A stretch of DNA of 45,988 nt from Polyangiaceae bacterium (GTDB lineage Bacteria; Myxococcota_A; Polyangia; Polyangiales; Polyangiaceae). Made by a program: the position numbers and the translations under genes. The stretch is from positions 1-45,988 of the forward strand of contig JANRKO010000003.1 of NCBI GenBank assembly GCA_033763455.1. Direction: 5' to 3'. Positions 9,225 to 17,797 of this stretch are shown piece by piece. Each line of letters opens with the position of its first letter. The stretch's first letter is position 1. The notes beneath the pieces were generated by a model. That model made no database searches. It was given only the letters and a program-made list of their open reading frames with translations, and was not told the DNA's origin.

Positions 9225-11240
9225 ATGCGAAATAGGCGCGGGTTGCGGCACGAACACGGGCTGTTTGGGAGACGGCGTTCACTCTGGGCCGCCGCATTTC
9301 TGGCCCTCGGCGCGTGGTCACTTTTCGGGACACCGAGCTGCAACCAAAAGGAAACACCCAGCATCAGCGGGAACACCAATTGGCTCAAGCCGTGTGTGCG
9401 CGACGCGGAATGTGGCAGCGAGCTCCTCTGCCGCTGCGGCGTGTGCTCGGGGGCTTGCGATGGAACTCTGGATTGCAGTTTGCCCCCTGCTGAGATTTGC
9501 GTAGCCCGCGTAAACGCTCAGGGTGGAAGTGGAGGTGCCACGTCAGGCGGGTCGTCGGGGACTGGAGGCGCCGTACCTCAAGTTGAAACTGGTGGTGCTA
9601 CCGCGGCGGGCTTCGGAGGCATGTTAACTCAGAGTGGAGGATCCGGGGGAGCTGGCCCGACTGGCGGTTTGGGGAGCGATGTCGGGGGCGCGGGCGGGAC
9701 GCCTGCCGGTGGAGGATCGGGTGGAGGCGGAGCGTTGAACACAGGCGGCGCGGGCGGGAGTGCTCCCATCGTCTGCACTGGGCCTACACTGGACGGCAGC
9801 TTCGTGATTCACAATAGCCTAGATGTTGCAAGCATTGCGAACATTGGAACAATAACGGGTTCTCTTCAAATCGACGCGCCGGGGCTTTCAACTATCTCTC
9901 TTCCGGCACTTTGCTCAGCAGGGGCCATCGAAGAGCTCACGGCGCCCGATTTGACGACGCTGGACCTTTCAGGGCTCAAGACGGTGAATGGGTTCGCTGT
10001 AACGGGCGCCCCCTTAGCCACTATTGAGTTGGGCAACCTTGTTCATGCCGGTGATCTGTCGGTAAGCCTCACGGGGCCACTGGACCTCCCGAAACTTGAG
10101 ACGGCCGGGGCTATCTTTCCCTGGGGCATCTCGACGTTGACGGCTCCAAAGTTAAGGTCTGCCGGGGGGGTTTTCGTCGACTCGTCGGTCGCAAGTGCTG
10201 AGGCCCCGGTTCTTGAGCAGGTGGGCGATCTCAACCTTCAGCTGAATGCGAATTCATCGGTCGCGTTTCCCTCACTGGTGACAGCGGGAAACATGATTTT
10301 GAAGGCGCCTACTCAGTCACTTGGCTTCCCTAAGCTCACCTCAGTTACCCAGGGCATAGCAATAGACGCCAGCGGTACGGGTCAGTCCTTTTCCTTTCCC
10401 TTACTCACGTCGACGGGCGGATCCTTCTCGGTCGCTGGGGCCACATCCCTTTCCTTTCCCTTGCTCGCGTCGACGGGCGGATCCTTCTCGGTCGCTGGGG
10501 TCGCCTCCCTCAGTCTTCCGGCGCTAGCTACGATTGGAGGGGATGCGTCGATTCACGCGCAGGGAACCTCGCTGTTTGTATTCCCCCAGTTAGTTTCAGT
10601 AGTTGGGGATTTGAATCTTGTGCCCGAGGGCGCCTCAATGAGTTTCCCAAAGCTGAAGTCGGTGCATCGGCTCGGGTCAATTGTTGGAACCGGAGACTCA
10701 TCGCAGCTTATATCATTCGGGGCGCTCGAGACTCTCACCTGGTGGGCTGAGTACGGTATCGGGGGAGACGGCGGCGCTATCGAGGTAACGCTGGCAGGGA
10801 AGTTCTCGGCGCCAGCACTGAAACACGTTGCGTTCGGATTGTTCATAGGGGGTGTGTCGGACCTAGACCTCAGCGGGCTTCAATCCACCGGCGATCAAGC
10901 GGGAAGTCTTTGCGGCGGATACGCTTGGACTTCAGTTCTCAAGCTCAAAGACCTCCAGATGAGCCGCGTGTTGCTCCCTTCGCTTCAACATTCGTGCCTC
11001 TATGTCGGGGATGGGTTTTGCTCGGCTAACGCGAAGGGGTCAAATCCCACTTTGCAGGAAATCGTAGCCCCTCAGTTGATCTCTGGAGGCCTTCTATTCT
11101 TCGGAAACCCAGCATTCCCGCAATGTAGAATCGACGCGCTACGCGCTCAGATGACAGGTGGCTGTGCCCTGTGGCCAGGAAGTGATCCGCTGAACCCAAA
11201 GGTCGCTCAATGCCCTACCGCATCCGGGCCGTGCCCGTAG
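9225..11240 (+). CDS. Secreted lipoprotein: Cys-rich N-domain, Gly-rich linker, receptor-L/LRR-like repeats, Cys-containing C-terminal domain
   Basis: Signal peptide ending '...FGTPSC'; 'NWLKPCVRDAECGSELLCRCGVCSGAC'; Gly/Ser/Thr linker; many ~20-22-aa 'LxxPxLxxxG' repeats. ATG lies 1 nt after the upstream stop. Confidence 0.8.
   Translation: MRNRRGLRHEHGLFGRRRSLWAAAFLALGAWSLFGTPSCNQKETPSISGNTNWLKPCVRDAECGSELLCRCGVCSGACDGTLDCSLPPAEICVARVNAQGGSGGATSGGSSGTGGAVPQVETGGATAAGFGGMLTQSGGSGGAGPTGGLGSDVGGAGGTPAGGGSGGGGALNTGGAGGSAPIVCTGPTLDGSFVIHNSLDVASIANIGTITGSLQIDAPGLSTISLPALCSAGAIEELTAPDLTTLDLSGLKTVNGFAVTGAPLATIELGNLVHAGDLSVSLTGPLDLPKLETAGAIFPWGISTLTAPKLRSAGGVFVDSSVASAEAPVLEQVGDLNLQLNANSSVAFPSLVTAGNMILKAPTQSLGFPKLTSVTQGIAIDASGTGQSFSFPLLTSTGGSFSVAGATSLSFPLLASTGGSFSVAGVASLSLPALATIGGDASIHAQGTSLFVFPQLVSVVGDLNLVPEGASMSFPKLKSVHRLGSIVGTGDSSQLISFGALETLTWWAEYGIGGDGGAIEVTLAGKFSAPALKHVAFGLFIGGVSDLDLSGLQSTGDQAGSLCGGYAWTSVLKLKDLQMSRVLLPSLQHSCLYVGDGFCSANAKGSNPTLQEIVAPQLISGGLLFFGNPAFPQCRIDALRAQMTGGCALWPGSDPLNPKVAQCPTASGPCP
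10386..10510 (+). repeat. In-frame 60-bp tandem duplication (one 20-aa LRR-like unit)
   Basis: TTCCTTTCCCTT(A/G)CTC(A/G)CGTCGACGGGCGGATCCTTCTCGGTCGCTGGGG at 10391-10440 and 10451-10500, differing at 2 of 50 nt. Confidence 0.95.
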
Positions 11241-11341
11241 GGCGCTCGCCGAAAACGCTCGGAGGCGTAACACCGTTGGCAACGCTGAAAACCCCATCCC
11301 AGAATCAGACACCATGACCGTGTCACTCCTGCGAGCAGAAG

Positions 11342-11698
11342 TTGGAGTCGACCGCGGACGGCTATCCCGCCAATGATCCTTGTGGTGGCGGCAACCAGTG
11401 GATTGGGGGGCTGCGTTTCGCCAATCTCGCCTTGAGTACGCTCAACCTCCCCAGTTTGAAGAAGTCCTGCTTGAACATTGGAGTGGGCTACTGCGATGCG
11501 CCGTGCACTAGCCCGAACCTGGTGCAGGTGATTGCCCCGCAGTTTACCCAGGGGGGAGTGGCCTTTGGCAACGTACCCGTTCTTCCGAAATGCCGGATGG
11601 ACGCAGTATTCGCACAACTACAGGCACCTGTTGAATACTACAACCAGTACACGACCCACATTATCATGGCCAACCCCGCGTTAGGCCCATGCCCATAA
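11342..11698 (+). pseudogene. Orphan diverged copy of the C-terminal domain of the 9225-11240 lipoprotein (silent cassette or gene fragment)
   Basis: Collinear similarity to the region 10878-11240 (LPSL..SCL..G.G.C, APQ...GG, P..P.CR.DA..AQ, GPCP-stop). No ATG start or signal peptide; in-frame TGA at 11315-11317. Confidence 0.7.
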
Positions 11699-11725
11699 CC
11701 GGCTTTAGAGCCCAGCTTGGCAACC

Positions 11726-12883
11726 TCACGGCCACAAGGCCCCTTCTTTGAGAAGGTCCGCGAACACGCCAAACGGCAGCACCTCGATTCCATCGGTCGT
11801 AGTGAGCGGGGTCGGGCCCTGGAAAACCAACACCCTTCGTACCAATCCCCGAAGCGTGCTCACGGCTCGAAGGCCGCGCAGATCGAGTGGTCGCACGGTA
11901 CGTGCAGCTTTAACCTCGAGGGCGATCGTCTCTTTGCCCCGCCGTATCAGGAAGTCGACCTCGGTGGTCTTGGCTTCTGCGGGCGCCCAGTAGCAAATGT
12001 CATCGCAGAGGTTGGCGCGTTCTTGGTAGAACCGAAGTAGCATGTATATGAATCCTTCAAAAAGCGGGCCTCGCTCCTCGGGTGAAATGGTGCCGTTCTG
12101 CCTCTTGAGGGCGCGCACCACACCGGGATCGAAGAAGTAGAACTTGGGATGCTTGCGTTCTCGCACACGAAGCTGTGATTCGTAGGCACAAAGCGTGTTG
12201 GCTATCAGGGTGTCAGCGAGGATCTCGATGTAGCCGGCCACCGTTTGACGTGCGACTCCTGCGTCCCGAGCTAGCGCTGCAACGTTCAATTGCTGGCCGT
12301 GCATGAGGCCCGCAATTGGCAAAAATCTAGCAAAACCTGGCAGATTCCTCACTAGTGCTTCTGCCTGGATCTCCTCCCGCAGATAGGTTTGCACGTAGGC
12401 GGACAGCGTCTCCTCGGGCGCTAACGCGTCCCAAATGAGTGGAATGGTTCCATGTTGGATTGCGCGTTGCAGCCTAAACGCCGATCCAAGCTCTTCGGGC
12501 ACGAAAGGAAACATTGTGATTTGCCGGGCTCGACCCCCAAGCAGATTAACTCCGCCGTGACGCAACTTTCGAGCACTCGAACCAGTTAAAGCAAAACGCA
12601 GGCGTCGCTCCTCGATGGCTCGGTGCACCTCGTTCAGCAGAGATGGCAACCGCTGAACTTCATCCACCAGCACCCAGCTACCTACCGGCACAGCGCGCAG
12701 CTCGTCCGCGAACAACGACGGATCAGCCAGGTAGCTTTGATACCGAGACTCCTCCAATAGGTCGATGCGGTGCGCTTTTGGGAACTCGGAGCGTGCCCAG
12801 GTGCTCTTGCCAGTGCCACGCGGGCCTAGCAAGAAAAAGGAAGCCTGAGGACGATCCAAGCGTCGAGCAAACATGTAAACCAT
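11726..12883 (-). CDS. AAA_14 ATPase with DUF4143 and a C-terminal PD-(D/E)xK-like domain
   Basis: Walker A GPRGTGKS, Walker B VLVDEVQ, 'LTGSS', 'PKFYFFDPG', 'EVDFLI...IALEVK'. Confidence 0.88.
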   Translation of the reverse strand: MVYMFARRLDRPQASFFLLGPRGTGKSTWARSEFPKAHRIDLLEESRYQSYLADPSLFADELRAVPVGSWVLVDEVQRLPSLLNEVHRAIEERRLRFALTGSSARKLRHGGVNLLGGRARQITMFPFVPEELGSAFRLQRAIQHGTIPLIWDALAPEETLSAYVQTYLREEIQAEALVRNLPGFARFLPIAGLMHGQQLNVAALARDAGVARQTVAGYIEILADTLIANTLCAYESQLRVRERKHPKFYFFDPGVVRALKRQNGTISPEERGPLFEGFIYMLLRFYQERANLCDDICYWAPAEAKTTEVDFLIRRGKETIALEVKAARTVRPLDLRGLRAVSTLRGLVRRVLVFQGPTPLTTTDGIEVLPFGVFADLLKEGALWP

Positions 12884-13178
12884 GTCAGCATATTACGGCG
12901 ATAAATGCCAGCATAGTTACTGCCTGAATCACCATTCCCCTCAGTTTTTGGGGCTGTGTCGACCAGGCTCGGCCTTGAGCCGCCGGGGAGCCCCTAATGC
13001 AGCGTGGACTCCCCACGCCGTTTGCATTGCGGTGTCGATAGTCGCACACTCCGACGATGGAACCGACGGGAGAGCACGAGGCTACCCTACCGACTGACGA
13101 CGCCCCAAAGATCTCGCCCAACTGCCGGTTCTCGAAGCGACTCTGCGGGAGAAAGCAGCGCGTCGAAAGTAGGGGTCT

Positions 13179-14258
13179 TCACCCCAGCAAATCCCGCACT
13201 CTATCCATAAATCGCTTGTGCTGAGGCTGCACATCCTCGCCCAATTCGCGCCCCAGCTCCTCCAAAAGCTGCTGTGCCCGTGGCGTTAACCGGGTGGGCA
13301 CCTCCAGCCGTACTTCCACGAGCTGATCTCCTCGCCCTCCGCGTAGGCGCCTATCGAGCCCGTGGCCGCGCACCCGGAGCACGTTGCCGGGCTGCGTGGA
13401 AGCTGGGATCTTGAGCTTCACCTTGCCCCACAACGTGGGTACATCGATTTGACCCCCTAGGGCGGCTTGCGCGAAGGTAATGGGCACCGAGCAGATCACG
13501 TCGTCCCCGCTGCGTCGATAAAACGCGTGTTGGCCCACTTCAATCGAGAGCTCTAGATCCCCCGGCTCATGCTGCGGTGAAACACGATTGCCACCACCGC
13601 GGACGGTGCGGGTAGCTTGGTGTTCAATGCCGGCGGGGATAGTAACTTCGATCGTGCTCGTGCGCTTGGCGAGGCCATGGCCGCGGCAGCTTTGGCACAC
13701 CACACTAGGAATGCTGCCGCGCCCGCGACAGCGACTGCACGTGCGTTCGATAGCCAGAGGCAACACGCCCTGCTGGAGCCGGACTTTGCCGCGCCCCCCG
13801 CAGGCCGAACAACTTTCAAAGCTGCTCCCAGGTGCTCCGCCTTTGCCCTGGCAATCTCCGCACAGGTCCACGCGCTCGTAGGTTAATTCTCTCTGGCAAC
13901 CGCGGGCGGCCTCTTCGAAGCCGACTTCAACGGTCCGGCGAAGATCCCCGCGGTCGCCTCCACGAAAACCAAAAGCGCCCAAGATGTCCCCAAAAATCGA
14001 ATCTAGCCCTGAAAAATCGACACCGGGGCCTCGGCTGCGGTCAAACGCGCTCTCCCCGTAGCGGTCGAAGGCGGCGCGCTTCTGGGGGTCGCTCAGGATC
14101 TGATGGGCCTGGTTGATCTCCGTGAAGCGGTCGTGAGCGTCGGGTGAATCTGGGTTCTTATCGGGGTGGTGTTGCATGGCGAGGCGGCGGAATGCGGCCT
14201 TAATATCCGCTTCGCTGGCACCTCGGCTCACACCCAGGACTTCATAGGGGTCGCGCAC
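13179..14258 (-). CDS. dnaJ: Molecular chaperone DnaJ
   Basis: J domain 'RDPYEVLGV...HPD', four CxxCxGxG zinc-finger repeats, DnaJ C-terminal domain. Probable GTG start at 14258. Confidence 0.93.
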   Translation of the reverse strand: MRDPYEVLGVSRGASEADIKAAFRRLAMQHHPDKNPDSPDAHDRFTEINQAHQILSDPQKRAAFDRYGESAFDRSRGPGVDFSGLDSIFGDILGAFGFRGGDRGDLRRTVEVGFEEAARGCQRELTYERVDLCGDCQGKGGAPGSSFESCSACGGRGKVRLQQGVLPLAIERTCSRCRGRGSIPSVVCQSCRGHGLAKRTSTIEVTIPAGIEHQATRTVRGGGNRVSPQHEPGDLELSIEVGQHAFYRRSGDDVICSVPITFAQAALGGQIDVPTLWGKVKLKIPASTQPGNVLRVRGHGLDRRLRGGRGDQLVEVRLEVPTRLTPRAQQLLEELGRELGEDVQPQHKRFMDRVRDLLG

Positions 14259-14401
14259 GGCCGGGTTGATAGCACGACCTTCGAACGCTGGCCCACCCAC
14301 CTTTAGGGGCCCAAGCGGTGAACGGGCCGAGCTCCCGTGAATGGTGCGGTGGAGCGGGGATTGTAAGTTGGTTTACCCACAAGTACCCTTGAAAGGCTGG
14401 C

Positions 14402-14818
14402 ATGGGTTCCTCTGACCTCTCCTCGGAACGACGCAACAACGACCGTGCCCCTATCGAACTCAAGGTGGAGTACCGCCGCGTCAACACGTTCTTCTCGGAC
14501 TACACGAAGAACATTTCACGGGGTGGCACGTTCGTCGGTACCACTCGCCCGCTTCCCGTCGACACTGAATTTGTGTTTGCCCTGGGTATTCCCGGCCTAG
14601 CCGAGCCTTTGCGCCTGCTCGGGAAAGTGATTTGGGCGACCTCCGAGGAAGATGCCACCCCGGCCAATCCTGCGGGCATGGGGATCGAATTTCAGTATAA
14701 GGATGACGCGGAGCGGCTCGAAAAGGAGCGGCAAGTGGAGGTTCTGATGTGTGAGCAGCTAGGCGAGCTGTTGGCAGCGAAGCTCCTTGGGCGGTCCCCG
14801 CACGGCGCCAAGGAATAG
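14402..14818 (+). CDS. PilZ-domain protein (TIGR02266-type)
   Basis: RxxxR ('RNNDR') and (D/N)xSxxG ('NISRGG') motifs; 'PAGMGIEF'. Confidence 0.9.
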   Translation: MGSSDLSSERRNNDRAPIELKVEYRRVNTFFSDYTKNISRGGTFVGTTRPLPVDTEFVFALGIPGLAEPLRLLGKVIWATSEEDATPANPAGMGIEFQYKDDAERLEKERQVEVLMCEQLGELLAAKLLGRSPHGAKE

Positions 14819-14903
14819 GGCTCAGCGGAAACCGGGAAAACAGAGGCATCGGGTTCAGGCCCCGTGATTGGTTCCCAAGGCTGAGGATGCTAGAAGCTCC
14901 TCA

Positions 14904-15545
14904 ATGAAGCTCGCAACGTTGGTTCAAGTAGGCTTCCTCGGGCTCGCAGTGGTCGCGGTGTACTCCTTTGGAGCTGCCGCCCAGGATGGCGAGCAGCGTC
15001 GGGTTTGCACGCCGCTCTGCGCGATGAAGCCCAGCTATGCAGGCCTCAATCGCACCGCGCCGGATTTTGAATTGCCAGCTCTTGGGGGCAAGCGCGTGAA
15101 GCTTTCGAGCTATCGCGGTCGCGTCGTGATTCTCAATTTTTGGACCAAGAATTGTAAACCCTGCATGGAGGAAATGCCGGCGTTAGCGCGGCTGGCAAAG
15201 TCCGTTTCGGGGCGCAAAGATTTGGCGCTCGTTACCGTGAGCACGGATGAAAGCTTGGCTGACGCCGAAGCCACGCTAAAAAGCGTGTTGGGCGAGAAGC
15301 CGGGCTTCGAGGTGTTGATCGATCCAGAGAGCGCCGTGGTGCGTGAGAAGTATGGAACGAAGCTCTACCCGGAAACTTGGTTCATCGATACCAATGGTGT
15401 GATTCGCGCTCGTTTTGATGGGCCGCGTGAATGGGATAGCCCGCTTGTGGTCAACTTCGCTGAGAGCTTAACGCTGCCAGGGGTGTGCGGCATCGAATAT
15501 GTGAGTGGCAAGCCGGTTGGCCCTTCGTGGCTGTGTGAGCAGTAA
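14904..15545 (+). CDS. TlpA/ResA-like membrane-anchored thiol-disulfide oxidoreductase
   Basis: N-terminal TM segment, 'APDFELP', 'VVILNFWTKNCKPCMEEMP' (CxxC), cis-Pro region 'YPETWFID..GVIR'. Confidence 0.88.
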   Translation: MKLATLVQVGFLGLAVVAVYSFGAAAQDGEQRRVCTPLCAMKPSYAGLNRTAPDFELPALGGKRVKLSSYRGRVVILNFWTKNCKPCMEEMPALARLAKSVSGRKDLALVTVSTDESLADAEATLKSVLGEKPGFEVLIDPESAVVREKYGTKLYPETWFIDTNGVIRARFDGPREWDSPLVVNFAESLTLPGVCGIEYVSGKPVGPSWLCEQ

Positions 15546-15553
15546 GGTTCGCC

Positions 15554-15823
15554 ATGAAGGTCATGGTTTGTCGCTGTGAAGACGTCACCCTTCACGATTT
15601 AGAACACGCGATAGCTCTTGGGCATAGGGACATCGAATCCCTGAAGCGCTACAGTGGATTTGGCACGGGCTGGTGTCAGGGCAAAAATTGCTTAGCCGCT
15701 TGTGCCCGCGTGCTTAGCCAACATGGTGGGGACCCAGGCTCCGGCATCACGCCTCGGCCGCCCTATCACCCTATCGAAATCTCTGTTTTAGCCGGGCTCG
15801 CTCCATTGGTTGAGGAATCGTAA
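15554..15823 (+). CDS. BFD-like [2Fe-2S]-binding protein
   Basis: 'VCRCEDVT...LKRYSGFGTGWCQGKNC...TPRPP'. Confidence 0.88.
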   Translation: MKVMVCRCEDVTLHDLEHAIALGHRDIESLKRYSGFGTGWCQGKNCLAACARVLSQHGGDPGSGITPRPPYHPIEISVLAGLAPLVEES

Positions 15824-16601
15824 ATGGCCGACAAGAAGGTTAAGCCCAAAAAGAGCCCACGCGAGACGAACCACGCGGTGTTAAGGCAAGCGATGGTGCG
15901 TCGCTTGCCGCGTCGTGTTTCCTCACAGGCGAGCGTAACCATCCCGCCGGTGCCGGGCCTTTTGGAGCACTACGTGCAGATGTTGAATTCTGCTTGGCTA
16001 GCGCTTGGTCGCGTTTTCTCAGCGGAGGATCTCGAAGCTTTTCGCAAGGTGCTAGCCACGAAGTTAACTGAGGCCTGGAATTTTTCCCCTTATTCCAAAG
16101 TGGTGGTGTCTTACGAAACCGATCCGATGCCGAAGACGAGCATCACTTGGAGGGTATCCGTCGATTTTTCGACGATCGCCGATGAGTACGACAATTGGGT
16201 GAAGACGCGTACGCCGCCACTCTTCGGCAACCACGCGGATGCAAAGGTCTTGGATCTTGCGCGGAGTTTGGGAACGCCTGCGGAAGTAACCATTCTCGAT
16301 GTGGGCGCCGGCACCGGCCGAAATACGCTGCCCCTGGCACGCGAGGGCTTCAAGACAGATGCGGTTGAATTGGCGCCCGCGCTGGCGAAGATCTTGCGCG
16401 AAGAAGTCGAGAAGGAAGGGCTCCCCGTTCAGGTTTTTGAAGGAGACGTGCTCAACGCGGAGCTCGAAGTGCCTAAAGCGAGTTACCGCATGGTGCTGTT
16501 GGCCGAAGTGGTTGCCTCTCACTTTCGCGACGTCGCCATGGTGCGAGCGCTCCTGGATTCATCGGCTGAGATGCTCGTGCCTGGAGGCCTTCTGTTGTTT
16601 A

Positions 16602-17482
16602 GAACGTATCTCATAACCAGGTCGAGCTAAGTGATCGAAATAACTCCATCTTTCGAAATGCCCTTTCCATTGGGGAAGAAAGATGTTTGTACGTTGATGG
16701 ATGGATCTGACTGACGAACAATGGGCAGCAATTGAGCGTTTTGTTCCGGGACCCGAAAGACAACGGACCACGGCAAAGGGTGGCAGGCCTTGGCGCGATC
16801 CTCGTGATGTGCTGAACGGGATCTTGTGGGTTCTTCGCACTGGCGCACCGTGGGCTGACCTGCCAGCGCGGTACCCGCCCTATGCGACGTGCCATCGGCG
16901 TTTCCAGAAGTGGGAAAAGCAATGCGTACTGGATCGGATCCTGGAGGCTATAGCTCAGGACCTCCACCGACGTGGCAAGGTGGATCTCACTGAGGCGTTC
17001 ATCGACGGCAGTCATGCTGGCGCAAAAAAAGGGGTCTTCTCGTTGGCAAAACTCGACGCGGCAAGGCGACCAAGATCATGGCAGTGGCAGACCGCAATGG
17101 CCTTCCTATCGCCATCGGGATTGCGAGTGGTGAGCGCCATGAAACGAAGCTCGTCTGCGCGACGCTCGCCGCGCGATTCTTAAAGGCGAAGCCACAGCGA
17201 CTTATCGGCGATCGTGCGTACGACAGCGACGCCTTGGACGCCGAACTCCAAGCGATGAGCATCGAGATGATCGCACCTCATCGATGCAACCGGAAGCAAC
17301 CGACTCAAGATGGCCGCCCGCTACGCAGGTATCGACGGCGCTGGCATGTCGAACGCCTCTTTGCCTGGCTTCAATGCTCCCGTCGCTTGATCACTCGGTT
17401 CGAGCACAAAGCCGCCAACTTTCTGGCCTTTTTAAAGCTTCGTTGCATCATACTCCTCTTACGTAGGTTATGAGATGCGCTC
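16602..17482 (+). mobile_element. IS5-family insertion sequence (IS427-like group), 881 bp
   Basis: 17-bp terminal inverted repeats GAACGTATCTCATAACC / GGTTATGAGATGCGCTC (15/17 match); TA target duplication at 16600-16601 and 17483-17484. Confidence 0.95.
16701..17473 (+). CDS. IS5-family DDE transposase in two ORFs joined by a probable -1 frameshift
   Basis: orfA 'MDLTDEQW...GRP...ILWVLRTGAPWADLP..YPPYATCHRRF...FIDGS'; orfB 'IGDRAYDSD...YRRRWHVERLFAWL'; A7-GGGG at 17024-17034. Confidence 0.92.
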
Positions 17483-17797
17483 TAGTGCGTTCTTGGCGAG
17501 CGACGGCTACAAGCCGGATGCCGCAGCGCGCGAGCTTTCCCAGGCTCTGTGGTGCAACATCTTTACGCGAAAAGAGCTTGAGGAAGCGTTGGCGGGTTCT
17601 GAGTTTGAACGAGTGTCTGACGAGTCCGTTTACGAATACGAAAAAGCCAATCTTCCTCCAGAAGCTTGGCCTCCAACGGGTTGGTTCGAGGGCTGGACTG
17701 CAGGGCAGGATCTGTTCGATCTTCCGCTTGGCAAGCCGCCGCTTGAGCTGCGCTGGTTATTGTACCGAAAGCGAAGTTAGTTAGATCTAGGGCTTCT

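Larger units (their letters stand above)
15824..17780 (+). pseudogene. Class I SAM-dependent methyltransferase interrupted by an IS5-family element
   Basis: Motif I 'ILDVGAGTGRN' and 'LVPGGLLLF'. Joining 15824-16601 to 17485-17780 gives 1074 nt, a single open frame of 357 aa ('...GGLLLF-SAFLASDG...'). Confidence 0.9.

Noticed and set aside
10386..10510. CRISPR array
   Set aside because: Two contiguous in-frame coding repeats with no unique spacers and no cas genes.
10878..11698. Diversity-generating retroelement VR/TR pair
   Set aside because: Differences are spread over all bases with indels rather than adenine-specific, and there is no reverse transcriptase in the window.
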